Shown here: one piece after another, positions 21,244-30,851 of the stretch
Layout: each line of letters starts with the position of its first letter
How positions within the stretch are numbered: position 1 is the stretch's first letter
Assembly: GCA_964434105.1 (NCBI GenBank)
Contig: CAYSTJ010000003.1
Location: 64,672-128,671, forward strand
DNA: 64,000 nucleotides
Reading direction: 5' to 3'
Source: an uncultured Cellvibrionaceae bacterium
Lineage (GTDB): Bacteria > Pseudomonadota > Gammaproteobacteria > Pseudomonadales > Cellvibrionaceae
The notes under the pieces: generated by a model
Database searches by the model: none
What the model saw: only the letters and a program-made list of their open reading frames with translations
What the model was told of the DNA's origin: nothing
Position numbers and translations under genes: made by a program

Positions 21244-22965
21244 ATGTCAATTGAAACGACCAGTCAGTATATTTTCGGTGGAGCCGCGCTGGCGCTTCTC
21301 TGTATTTTCGCAAGCGTGCTGTCCCGTCGCCTCGGCGCTCCCCTGCTTCTCGTTTTTCTTGTGCTGGGGATGCTGGCCGGCGACAGCGGGCCCGGCGGCA
21401 TTGCCTTTGAGGATGTCGAGCTGGCATTCCTGTTCGGTAACCTTGCCCTTGCCGTTATTATTTTTGACGGCGGACTGGGCACCCGACGCGATACATTTCG
21501 CGTCAGCCTTAGCCCCGCGATTTCTCTTGCCACACTCGGCGTCGTCATCACGGCCGGGCTGACCGGCCTGGCAGCTCACTGGATTCTGGGCGTGTCATGG
21601 CAGCAGGGTCTGCTTATCGGCGCAATAGTCGGTTCAACCGATGCGGCCGCGGTATTCGGTCTGTTACGTGCCGCCGGGCTCGAACTGAAAGAACGAACCG
21701 GGGCAACCCTCGAAATCGAATCTGCGACCAATGACCCCATGGCGATCTTCCTGACGTTGACCCTGGTGCAAGTGATTGCGCTTGAAGCAACGGCACCGGG
21801 CTGGTCGATGCTAACCGAGTTTATCCGGCAAATGGGATTGGGCGTCGCATTGGGGATTACCGGCGGATACGTGATGTCGTTCCTGTTAAGACGGCTGAGC
21901 CTGGCTTCCGCGCTGTATCCACTGTTGGCTCTGGCAGGAGGTCTGAGCCTGTTCGGCATTACCAACCTGTGGGGCGGCAGTGGCTTCCTCGCCATTTTCA
22001 TTGTCGGCCTGATGATCGGCAACACTTCCTTGCCATACGGCAACGACATACACCGCTTCCACAATGGCATGGCCTGGTTGAGCCAGATCGGCATGTTCCT
22101 GATGCTCGGTCTGCTCATCACCCCGGGCAATCTGCCTCCTCTGGTGATTCCGGCGGTAGCGATCGCGCTGGTTCTGATATTTATTGCCCGGCCCCTTGCT
22201 GTTTTTGTCTGTTTATTGCCGTTTCATTTTCCGTGGCGCGAACAGCTTTTTATCAGTTGGTGCGGCTTACGCGGCGCGGTTCCCATCATTCTCGCACTGT
22301 TTCCGACATTGGCGGGTCTTGATGACACCGGCATGTACTTTGAGCTGGGGTTTTTCGTGGTGCTGATATCTCTCGTACTGCAAGGCTGGAGTATCGCGCC
22401 CGTTGCGCGCTGGCTGCAAATCGAGTTGCCGCCGTCCACTAGAGAACCGGAGCACCTGGCCCTCAAGATTCCCAATGAACATGAAAAGGTACTGCTGGTT
22501 TATCAGGCCCTGACCGGCAGCAATGCCGTAGGGATGAATGCGCGGCATCTACCTTTATCTGAAGGCGCCCAGCTGGTCGGTCTTATACGCCGTGGCATGA
22601 TGATCGTCGAATGGGCCGGGCAATGTCTGCAGCCTGGTGATCAGGTGGTCATCCTGACATCCGCCGGCAGTACGGCGAAGCTAAATCGCACGTTTGCCAC
22701 GCGTGCAACCATATCACGACTGGAGCCTTCGACATTCTTCGGTAACTTTGTCATCCACCCCGACGCCCAACTGGCAGATCTCGCCCAGCTCTATGGATTT
22801 GAACTGCCGGCGGAACTGCGCAATCTGCGGCTCGCTGAATACATTGCCCGGGCGTTTTATGGCAAGCCCGTCGTCGGCGATCACGTCCAGATGGGTAATG
22901 TGCAGTTTGTGGTAAGGGAAATCAAAGGCGATACCATTGCGGCGGTTGGGCTCAAACTGTCATAA
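21244..22965 (+). CDS. nhaP2: K+/H+ antiporter NhaP2/CvrA with a C-terminal TrkA-C domain
   Basis: 573 aa with a CPA1 membrane domain (LGMLAGDSGPGGI...TDAAAV...ESATNDPMAI) and a C-terminal RCK_C-like domain. Confidence 0.9.
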   Translation: MSIETTSQYIFGGAALALLCIFASVLSRRLGAPLLLVFLVLGMLAGDSGPGGIAFEDVELAFLFGNLALAVIIFDGGLGTRRDTFRVSLSPAISLATLGVVITAGLTGLAAHWILGVSWQQGLLIGAIVGSTDAAAVFGLLRAAGLELKERTGATLEIESATNDPMAIFLTLTLVQVIALEATAPGWSMLTEFIRQMGLGVALGITGGYVMSFLLRRLSLASALYPLLALAGGLSLFGITNLWGGSGFLAIFIVGLMIGNTSLPYGNDIHRFHNGMAWLSQIGMFLMLGLLITPGNLPPLVIPAVAIALVLIFIARPLAVFVCLLPFHFPWREQLFISWCGLRGAVPIILALFPTLAGLDDTGMYFELGFFVVLISLVLQGWSIAPVARWLQIELPPSTREPEHLALKIPNEHEKVLLVYQALTGSNAVGMNARHLPLSEGAQLVGLIRRGMMIVEWAGQCLQPGDQVVILTSAGSTAKLNRTFATRATISRLEPSTFFGNFVIHPDAQLADLAQLYGFELPAELRNLRLAEYIARAFYGKPVVGDHVQMGNVQFVVREIKGDTIAAVGLKLS

Positions 22966-23143
22966 GTAAGGGCACCGGTAAAATGCAGATTTGTCTCTTT
23001 TAATTCATCGAAGGTTGCGCGATGCGCGGTTGATATACCACGGCGTCGTGCACTATCATCCCGCTATCGCTGGATAATCGGCACTAACCGCCAATCCTGC
23101 CCGCGCCCAGCGAGCCCAATACAGACCAATCCCGGAGAAACGA

Positions 23144-23596
23144 ATGACTTTACACCGATTTATGATGGTACTCCTGCTTACCGCCTCACCACTGTCTGCT
23201 ATTGCCGACGGCGAAATCGAGCTGGTCGAAAATATGGGGCAGCTACAATACTTCACCCACAAAATGACCTTGGCTATTGATGCCGGCAACCAACCCCTGG
23301 CCGACTTTTACGCACACGAACTGGAGGAGTATCTGGAAGACACGCTAACAGTGAAGAGCTACCATGACAAGCCCATAGGTACACTGGCCAAAGCAATGCT
23401 GGTTCCTGCATTTGAAAATGTCGAAAAGGACATTAAAGCCGGCAATCTGAAACAGGCTTCCGACAAACTCGATACGATGATCAACGCCTGCAACGCCTGT
23501 CACAATGCAACCGGCTTCGGGTTCATCGCCATCGAAAGACGGTCTGACAATCCGTACATGCAGAAATTCGACACATCGTCAAATAAGGCCAAGTAA
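23144..23596 (+). CDS. Secreted c-type cytochrome, class II (cytochrome c'-like four-helix bundle) candidate
   Basis: 150 aa with a signal peptide, a predicted helical body and a single CNACH haem motif near the C-terminus, as in class II cytochromes c. Confidence 0.45.
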   Translation: MTLHRFMMVLLLTASPLSAIADGEIELVENMGQLQYFTHKMTLAIDAGNQPLADFYAHELEEYLEDTLTVKSYHDKPIGTLAKAMLVPAFENVEKDIKAGNLKQASDKLDTMINACNACHNATGFGFIAIERRSDNPYMQKFDTSSNKAK

Positions 23597-23644
23597 CACC
23601 GCAGACGGCCTTCACGGGTCACATTAGAGCGGGCCTTCTGCCTG

Positions 23645-23700
23645 GCCAGTCGGAAAAATGGCCTCCAGCAGTGGCGATGATGATGAAGGAACGTCAACAG
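23645..23700 (+). repeat. Copy B of the roughly 55-nt repeat
   Basis: gccagtcggaaaaatggcctccagcagtggcgat...gaacgtcaacag. It ends 3 nt from the stop of the TPR gene. Confidence 0.7.
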
Positions 23701-23703
23701 TCT

Positions 23704-24975
23704 CTAAGAGGCAGCCCCTGCGTCTTCCTGTTCCGGCTCCCCGGCAGGACTCAATCCTTCGGCTGCTTCCTGTTTGGCTTTCTCTGACTCCAGATAGGAG
23801 ATCCATTGCAAAGCCAGCGTTTCGGTCTCCGGGAATTCCTCAGACGAGCGAAAAGCCTGGCGGGCAGCGCGATAGTTCTTTTGATAAAAGCGGCTCATGC
23901 CCAGCATCAGCAGCGCATCGCCCTTGCGACGCAGATTACCTTCCACTGCCTTTTCCAGGGCCTTCTCGGCGTCCTGCCATCGGTACAGACTCATATAGCT
24001 CTGGGCAAGACGCAGATAGATTTCGTGGTCGCCTGAGACTTTCGCGGCTTCTGCAAAATACTGCACAGATTTGTTGGTTTCAGCAGCCAGTTGCCAGGAT
24101 TGCGCGAGCAATTCCAGGTTGCGGGGGTTTCGTGCCACTATGCCGTCCTTGATGCCCTTCTCGAGGATCTTTGCTCCTTTATACGGGACACCGTGATGGC
24201 TCATCAGGTTTGCCAGGTTCAGTATTTCCGTCGGATTATCGAGCATTCCTTTATCGTAAAGGGGTTCCATCAACAACAACTGTTTCTCTGTCTCCTCCAG
24301 TTGCCCGTAAATCGCTGCGAGATTCAAGACATAGGCTTTTTTTGGATAGAGCGCAATCAGCTCTTTAAGAACCTCGACAATATGCCGATACTGCCCCTGA
24401 TCATAGTAGATAGCGTTCAGGACCAGTAGCCAGTTCTCCGGAATCTGTCTGCCGCTTTCCCGCTCCAGGTTTATCGCTTTCAACGCGTAATCCAACGCTG
24501 GCTGCATTTTTTCCTGTCGGTAATACACCTGCGCAATCAGCATGGTATTGACGGGATCGGGAACACTGACAATCGATTCCAGACGTTGCGAATAACGTAA
24601 AGCGTCGGCAAGATTATCCTGCATCAGGTTCAACTGCGCGAGGGTTCGTAAAGTGATTTGCAGAAAGCCTTCAGGCAGGTCGGTATATTCGACCGCATTT
24701 CTGAAGGCTGCAATGGCCTGATCATAATCTTCCTGATGAAAATGCAAATTGCCGATCAGGCTCCAGGTCTGCGCCAGTTCGAAGTTATTCATCCGCGTCC
24801 GCTGGAGAATCGCGTTGAGCACGGTCGACGCTTGCGAATATTGCTTTTCATCCATTAACACCTGGGCTTCCTGCATTCGTTCAAACACATCCTGGCTGAT
24901 CGCCAGCCGCGAACGCGATTGCCCGTTGGCACCGACAACCATCAACAACAGGCAGATACTCAATAGGATTTTCAT
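23704..24975 (-). CDS. TPR-repeat periplasmic protein of the TonB2-type cluster (TtpD-like)
   Basis: 423 aa with a signal peptide and multiple TPR repeats. It is the last gene of the Ton cluster and overlaps the tonB stop by 1 nt. Confidence 0.8.
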   Translation of the reverse strand: MKILLSICLLLMVVGANGQSRSRLAISQDVFERMQEAQVLMDEKQYSQASTVLNAILQRTRMNNFELAQTWSLIGNLHFHQEDYDQAIAAFRNAVEYTDLPEGFLQITLRTLAQLNLMQDNLADALRYSQRLESIVSVPDPVNTMLIAQVYYRQEKMQPALDYALKAINLERESGRQIPENWLLVLNAIYYDQGQYRHIVEVLKELIALYPKKAYVLNLAAIYGQLEETEKQLLLMEPLYDKGMLDNPTEILNLANLMSHHGVPYKGAKILEKGIKDGIVARNPRNLELLAQSWQLAAETNKSVQYFAEAAKVSGDHEIYLRLAQSYMSLYRWQDAEKALEKAVEGNLRRKGDALLMLGMSRFYQKNYRAARQAFRSSEEFPETETLALQWISYLESEKAKQEAAEGLSPAGEPEQEDAGAAS

Positions 24976-25643
24976 TACCGACGACTTCCATCGTTGCTTT
25001 GCAACTCAAAGGTAAAAATATTCCTGACGTTTTCGACCTCGACCGCTTCGCCGTTGATCACTCTGGGCTTGTACTTGAACTTAAGGGCTGCCGCAACCGA
25101 CGGCCGCTTGAACCCGCCGAACGTGCACTCGTCATCTATGACGCGCACGTCGCGCGTCGCACCCGTGGTCGTTACGGTATACTCAACCACGCAGTGACCT
25201 TCGATTCCTCTGCTCGCAGCGGTTGAGGGATAAATTGGTGCAACCTTGACGATGGGCAGAAATTCACCTTCCCCCATTCCCGTGCCAAGCCCACCCAATT
25301 CCACATTCATACCGTCGCCCGTTGGTAGCTGCGCCACTGCGATTGCGGTCAGATCGCTCTGGCTGTCGCTCGTATCCGGTGTGGCCGGCGCGGGCGGGGC
25401 TTCGGTCCTTTCAGGCCTTTCCAGTCGCTGATCCTTGCGGACAGAGGCTTCCTCACGTTTCAGCATAACAAAGTCAAGAATATGAACCCGCGCGGACTCA
25501 TCCATCCTCTGCTCGCTGACCTGAATCAGAAAGTACATGAACCAGGTAAGAAACCCGGCAATTACCAGCCCCAACAGCAGCATGATGACAAACCGGACCG
25601 GTAGCCATTTGTCATCGAACACTACAGACTGATTTTCAATCAT
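24975..25643 (-). CDS. tonB: Energy transducer TonB
   Basis: 222 aa with an N-terminal TM helix, a Pro/Glu-rich spacer and the C-terminal TonB domain (PIYPSTAASRGIEGHCVVEYTV...KFKYKPRVINGEAV). Confidence 0.85.
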   Translation of the reverse strand: MIENQSVVFDDKWLPVRFVIMLLLGLVIAGFLTWFMYFLIQVSEQRMDESARVHILDFVMLKREEASVRKDQRLERPERTEAPPAPATPDTSDSQSDLTAIAVAQLPTGDGMNVELGGLGTGMGEGEFLPIVKVAPIYPSTAASRGIEGHCVVEYTVTTTGATRDVRVIDDECTFGGFKRPSVAAALKFKYKPRVINGEAVEVENVRNIFTFELQSNDGSRR

Positions 25644-26050
25644 TAGTTTTCCTGTGCGGCAATCGCAATTTCGTACACACCGGCACGACGGGAGGCATCC
25701 ATCACCTGCACCAGTGTTTCGTTGGTCGAGTCCCGATCCGCCTGAATCACTACGGACCCCTTGGGATTTTCCGCGTGCAGCCGTTCGATATTCGGACGCA
25801 GCGCTCTGACATCGACTTCACGTCGATTAATCCAGATACGGTTGTCCGCATCTATGGCAATAAGAATATTGGCTTTCTCCTGTACAACCGCGGTGGAGGC
25901 CTGCGGCTGGTTCACTTCAATACCGGACTGCTTGACGAAGGTTGCTGTCACAATAAAAAAGATCAGCATAATGAATACCACATCCAGCATTGGCGTAATA
26001 TCGACCGTGGCTTCCTGATCCTCATTGCTGCTTGAGAGAAGTTTTCGCAT
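25643..26050 (-). CDS. exbD: ExbD/TolR biopolymer transport protein
   Basis: 135 aa with the DITPMLDVVFIMLIFFIV motif and an ExbD fold pattern. Confidence 0.9.
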   Translation of the reverse strand: MRKLLSSSNEDQEATVDITPMLDVVFIMLIFFIVTATFVKQSGIEVNQPQASTAVVQEKANILIAIDADNRIWINRREVDVRALRPNIERLHAENPKGSVVIQADRDSTNETLVQVMDASRRAGVYEIAIAAQEN

Positions 26051-26060
26051 AACTGTTTCC

Positions 26061-26591
26061 TCAACCGTCCAGCGGAAGCTGATTGGATAATTGTTCCCGT
26101 TTTCTCTCCACCAGCCGGTTGATATAACCCATCACAGGCAAGGCTGAGATGGCTACCACCATGCCGGCCATGGTTGTGATAATGGCTTTGGAGACACCAC
26201 CTGCCGTCGCGCGCGGGTTGGTACCGCCCGTAATTGCCACCGCATCGAAGATCTCAAGCATTCCCAGCACCGTGCCAAGCAGCCCCAGCAAAGGGCACAG
26301 TTTGATCAGTGTCTTGACGAGTCCGATGTTCCGCTGTAACCCCTGATTGGCTTTATGCAGCAAATAAACCCGAAACTGCTGCGCATGCCAGGACCGGCGT
26401 TCTGGCCTGTCACGCCAAAAACCACGCGCATTCTCGGCCATCGCCGGGAAAACCTGCTTGATATAGATAAACCGCTCAAGAATCAGCGCCCATAAAATGG
26501 CAGCGAGCACGATAATCAGCAGCAGGATGTCTCCCCCCATGTCCAACATATAGCCAAACCAGGGGAATACATTTTCAATGGTAGCGATCAC
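26061..26591 (-). CDS. exbB: ExbB (MotA/TolQ/ExbB proton channel)
   Basis: 176 aa with the conserved LGLLGTVLGM..F and TTMAGMVVAI helices. Confidence 0.9.
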   Translation of the reverse strand: MIATIENVFPWFGYMLDMGGDILLLIIVLAAILWALILERFIYIKQVFPAMAENARGFWRDRPERRSWHAQQFRVYLLHKANQGLQRNIGLVKTLIKLCPLLGLLGTVLGMLEIFDAVAITGGTNPRATAGGVSKAIITTMAGMVVAISALPVMGYINRLVERKREQLSNQLPLDG

Positions 26592-28021
26592 TCCAGGATA
26601 CCTTTACGCACGGGTCTCGGGGGCGGCTCCGGTTGCCGGGCAGTCCGCACGTGCTTTTCTGACTGCGTGGCAATAATGGCTACCGCTTCCTGTTCGAGCA
26701 CATCTGTAATGGCTTTGGCACGGGTGTAGACCAGGTTGTGCAGGAGCAGTGTCGGAATTGCCACAGTCAGCCCCAGTACGGTTGTTACCAGCGCCTGCGA
26801 AATACCGCCCGCCATCATTTTCGGGTCGCCGGCGCCAAACAGCACTATAGACTGGAAAGTGATAATCATGCCTGTGACTGTCCCCAGCAGCCCCATCAGT
26901 GGCGCCACCGCGGCAATAATTTTCAGGAAGGAAAGGCCGCGATTGATCGGTGGCACTTCACGCAGTACCGCTTCGCTCATTTTCAGCTCGAGTGTTTCCA
27001 GGTCGCGGTCCTTAAAGGAAATGTACTCCTTAAGGATCCGCCCAAGCGGATTATTGCCGGCCTTTTGTGGATGTCTGATCTGTTTGTTGATCCGGCTTTG
27101 TACCGAGAGCAGATAGACGAATCGCAGTACGGCAAGAATGACTGCTATAATACCCAGCCCGATAATCACGTAACCAATCACGCCACCCTGCGCCACTCGC
27201 TCCTTCATGTTAGGTGCAGCGACCAACAGACTGAGCAATTGCCCGCGTGTCGGATCAATGGTAAACGGAACAACGTCGACTGATGCATCATCGATCTCCC
27301 GTGCGCCCTCGAGAAAGCGGGCAGCCGGCTGACGGGCATATTCAAGTACACGTCCGGTCTCCGGCACAAACTGGAGATATTTGCCCTCGGATACAATATT
27401 GAACTTGCCGACACGGATAACGTCCTGCTGCCGTTCTTCACCACTGGTGGTTACAACCGGCTGTTGACGCCGGACAACCTTGCCGGATTCAGTCATTTCA
27501 CGCTGCAATTCAAACCACAGGCGCTCAATTTCTTCGATGGATGGCAGAACAGTCGTTTGTCCCATTTTTTGCGAGAAGTCAGCAAGATAATCGGCGCGCT
27601 CCGGATACTGTAATTGCGTCAGCGAACCGTAAAACTGCCCCTGGGCATCGCTGGAAACCTGCTGAAGTACGCCGAACAGTTCTTTCAATGCCCCCAGACG
27701 TTCATTCAGTCGGGCTCTGGTCGCCGCAATCGTCAAATCGTTTTCTTCGAACGTTTTTTCCTGCTGTTCACTCAAAGCTTCTGCGGCCTGCTCTTCCTTT
27801 TTGAGCTCGTTCAACAGACGTTGCTGGCTGGCCTGTTCGCGCCTGAACTCAGCCAGCCGCCGCGCATTCTCGGCGTTATCGCTGACCCGTCCTTCACGAA
27901 CAACATTCAACAGTTCGTCCATCGACACTTCACCGCGGGACTGAGCAACAGCGCCAACGGTCAATTGCGCCAACCCGACCAGCAAGAGCGCAGAGATGAG
28001 GAGTTTCACTGAATTTCTCAT
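26588..28021 (-). CDS. Large MotA/TolQ/ExbB-family protein (TtpC-like)
   Basis: The likely start is the ATG at 28021 (MRNSVKLL, signal-like), which forms an ATGA overlap with the upstream gene. It has a long coiled-coil periplasmic region and a C-terminal ExbB channel domain (PLMGLLGTVTGMI...ALVTTVLGL). Confidence 0.8.
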   Translation of the reverse strand: MRNSVKLLISALLLVGLAQLTVGAVAQSRGEVSMDELLNVVREGRVSDNAENARRLAEFRREQASQQRLLNELKKEEQAAEALSEQQEKTFEENDLTIAATRARLNERLGALKELFGVLQQVSSDAQGQFYGSLTQLQYPERADYLADFSQKMGQTTVLPSIEEIERLWFELQREMTESGKVVRRQQPVVTTSGEERQQDVIRVGKFNIVSEGKYLQFVPETGRVLEYARQPAARFLEGAREIDDASVDVVPFTIDPTRGQLLSLLVAAPNMKERVAQGGVIGYVIIGLGIIAVILAVLRFVYLLSVQSRINKQIRHPQKAGNNPLGRILKEYISFKDRDLETLELKMSEAVLREVPPINRGLSFLKIIAAVAPLMGLLGTVTGMIITFQSIVLFGAGDPKMMAGGISQALVTTVLGLTVAIPTLLLHNLVYTRAKAITDVLEQEAVAIIATQSEKHVRTARQPEPPPRPVRKGILE

Positions 28022-28830
28022 GATGATGCCTTGCCCTTGACCAACGGAATTGTTATAAGCTCGGGCGCCATCTCCTGACGCGCCATCTTTATGCCTTTGT
28101 CTATATTGCGCTGGTAGTTCGATGTACTGATTTCCTGCCAACTATCGCTGTTTTTATCCCAGTAACCATAGCTGTCACCGCCGACGGTCCGATACATCAG
28201 GCCGACCCGGCCAACACGCAGGTAATCCACATCGAACGTTTTGTCTTTGATGTCCAGCTTTCCTTTGTAGGATTCGATAGTGTTACCGTAATCATTTTCG
28301 ATCTGGAACGCTTCAAAGACCCGACGGGTCTTCTCGGCGTTACTCAGCTCGGAGCGTTCAATCAGACGGCGCAGACTTTTGATTCGGTTTTCACGCTCTT
28401 CCATATTGAACGGTATATCCAGCCGCACGAACTCATCCAGGCCGTCGAGCATACGGGTAAGAAGGGGCAGAATCTGCCGCTCAATAACCGCCGCATTGGC
28501 AATGGATGCGTTCAGGGACGAAATTTCAGCCTCCTGATTCTCCAGCTGACGTGCGAGAATCCTGTTGTAAATATTCAGCCCATCAACCACCTTCAGAAGA
28601 TTCTGATAGCTGTCGACAATATTCTGCGTTTTCTCGTGGGTGGACGAAACGTTTTCCTGCGATTTCTGGTTCTCTACCAGACGGGTTTTGCCGGCATCAA
28701 TGACAGGTTCGGTTTTGTCTTGCGCCAAAGCGCAAAGTGAGGCAAATGGAATGAGGAATAACCATAGCCTGCAGCGGAGAATGTTCAAAAAGTTAACCCT
28801 CAAATGGAAGTCAGTATGCATCACTGGCAA
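28018..28830 (-). CDS. DUF3450-like periplasmic coiled-coil protein (first gene of the TonB2-type cluster)
   Basis: 270 aa with a signal peptide and coiled coil. Its position and size match the first ORF of Vibrio-type TonB2 clusters. Confidence 0.7.
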   Translation of the reverse strand: MPVMHTDFHLRVNFLNILRCRLWLFLIPFASLCALAQDKTEPVIDAGKTRLVENQKSQENVSSTHEKTQNIVDSYQNLLKVVDGLNIYNRILARQLENQEAEISSLNASIANAAVIERQILPLLTRMLDGLDEFVRLDIPFNMEERENRIKSLRRLIERSELSNAEKTRRVFEAFQIENDYGNTIESYKGKLDIKDKTFDVDYLRVGRVGLMYRTVGGDSYGYWDKNSDSWQEISTSNYQRNIDKGIKMARQEMAPELITIPLVKGKASS

Positions 28831-28888
28831 GGCGGCAAGTGACGGGACGTTACTGTGAGTTTAGACTAACATTTAGCGAAATGGGGCA

Positions 28889-28904
28889 ATTGACATATGT
28901 CAAT
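28889..28904. promoter_or_regulatory. Perfect 16-bp palindrome ATTGACATATGTCAAT (FNR/FixK-type TTGAC-N4-GTCAA box)
   Basis: Read directly from the sequence. It is centred about 67 nt upstream of the first gene of the Ton cluster. Confidence 0.35.
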
Positions 28905-29012
28905 GAATGGCGGGATACGGCTATCTGGAATAGGGAATATGGAAAATTCGGGCCTGCTGCAATTTCTCTGGCGAACACACGCCATCGCCAAGGTTAGCAG
29001 GACCCGCTGGTA

Positions 29013-30851
29013 TTAAGCGGCCTTTTTAGGTGCCGAATGGAATAGAGAGTCAATTTCCTGCAGAAAACGGTCATAATCGGGCGTATTTTCTGCCGCATAA
29101 TTGAAGTTGCGGAACAGTCCCGTCACACGGGTGAAGTATTGCAACGCCTGCGGTTGTGTATCAAAAACGTAGTCCGCCGTAACCAGCCGGTATAGCCTGT
29201 CAAAGGCAAATGCCTGCCGATGCAATGGCACACTGGCATCAACCTCATCGAATGCGTCCTGCTGCAGGTAGACCATATCGACCAATAAGGATTTTTGATA
29301 GAGAACATAGTCCGCCACCGAAATGCCCTCTTCACCTGACACCTGCATCATTTTTTGCACGCTGTCCCCATCCACCAGTAGTTGCTGCATGGTCCTTACG
29401 CGGGTTATCCAGCCCGCTTCGAAGTTCTTCTCAAACCACTCACCCAGCTGGTCCATATACCGTGACCAGGAAATCAATGGATCGATCGCCGGGTAGAAGC
29501 GCTTGTATGCACGGGCATAGGAAAGCCCCAGAAAATTCTTGACGGTATTGAGTGTGGACTGCGTGACGGGTTCTTCAAAGCTGCCACCAGCGGGCGACAC
29601 CGTGCCGATCATGGTGAGACTGCCGGTGGCGCCGTCGGCAGTCCGGACAACACCGGCACGCTCATAGACCGAACGAATGGCAGAATCCAGATAGGCGGGG
29701 AATGCCTCATCGCCGGGGATTTCTTCCAGTCGCCCCGATGTTTCGCGCATGGCCTGTGCCCAGCGCGACGTGGAGTCGGCCAGTAAAAGCACCTGAAAAC
29801 CCATCTGCCGGTAGTATTCACCCAGCGTAATGCCGGTGTACATGGAAGCCTCACGTGCCGCCACCGGCATGGAGGACGTGTTGCAGACAATGATTGTGCG
29901 ATCGATCAGCGCACCGCCGGTCTTGGGGTCCTTAAGGTGAGGAAATTCGGTGATGGTTTCCACGACCTCCCCGGCTCGCTCGCCACAGGCAACCACAATG
30001 ACGATATCGACGGAGGAGTGGCGCGCAATAATATGTTGCAGCACGGTTTTGCCTGAACCGAACGGGCCGGGAATACAGCCGGTGCCGCCAAGCGCCAACG
30101 GGAAAAACGTATCAATGAGACGCACCGTCGTACTCAGTGGCTCGCTCGGGTACAATCGTTCGCACTGACGGCTGTGCAGCATATCCGTGGTAAGAGGTCT
30201 CCGGACAGGCCACCGTTGCTCCAGTGTCAGAGTACGCTCTTCGCCCTTCTCTGTTCTAAGCCGAACCACCGGCGTGTCGACAGTGACGGACGCCTCCTGA
30301 ATCCAGGTGACCTCCACTTTACCTTTCAAATCGAACGGCACCATAATTTTGTGGTTAAAACGCCCTTCCTGGACGGTGCCGAGAACATCACCAGCGGCCA
30401 GCCAGTCCTGTTGCTGGACTGTCGGAATAAAGGACCATTTGCGGGTCTTGTCCAGAGCCGGCAAGTCCACGCCCTTTGGCAGAAAAGTGCCAAAGTTGCT
30501 GGCCAGATCTTCCAGGGGGTTTTGAAGACCGTCATAAACCTTCCCCAGCAAACCGGGGCCCAGACTGACGGATAATAACTCGCCACTTTGTTCTACCGGA
30601 TCACCAATGGCCACGCCAGTCGTGTCTTCGAATACCTGTACATCGGCAAAGCGGCCTTTGACCCGCAGGATTTCCGCTTTCAATCGAACGGTCCGTTTAC
30701 CGTCATTGCGCGTTGGCAGGATGTAGACTACCTCGTTCTTCAGCATGGGGATAGACTGACCGTCACGGATGCCGGCTTCTATTCTGACCAGGCTCTCCTG
30801 AACGGCTGTTACCCGGGTTGGATGATCCGCTACTTTTTTTTCGGTAACCAT
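29013..30851 (-). CDS. atpA: V/A-type ATPase catalytic subunit A
   Basis: 612 aa with Walker A GPFGSGKTV and the typical non-homologous insert of A subunits. Confidence 0.95.
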   Translation of the reverse strand: MVTEKKVADHPTRVTAVQESLVRIEAGIRDGQSIPMLKNEVVYILPTRNDGKRTVRLKAEILRVKGRFADVQVFEDTTGVAIGDPVEQSGELLSVSLGPGLLGKVYDGLQNPLEDLASNFGTFLPKGVDLPALDKTRKWSFIPTVQQQDWLAAGDVLGTVQEGRFNHKIMVPFDLKGKVEVTWIQEASVTVDTPVVRLRTEKGEERTLTLEQRWPVRRPLTTDMLHSRQCERLYPSEPLSTTVRLIDTFFPLALGGTGCIPGPFGSGKTVLQHIIARHSSVDIVIVVACGERAGEVVETITEFPHLKDPKTGGALIDRTIIVCNTSSMPVAAREASMYTGITLGEYYRQMGFQVLLLADSTSRWAQAMRETSGRLEEIPGDEAFPAYLDSAIRSVYERAGVVRTADGATGSLTMIGTVSPAGGSFEEPVTQSTLNTVKNFLGLSYARAYKRFYPAIDPLISWSRYMDQLGEWFEKNFEAGWITRVRTMQQLLVDGDSVQKMMQVSGEEGISVADYVLYQKSLLVDMVYLQQDAFDEVDASVPLHRQAFAFDRLYRLVTADYVFDTQPQALQYFTRVTGLFRNFNYAAENTPDYDRFLQEIDSLFHSAPKKAA

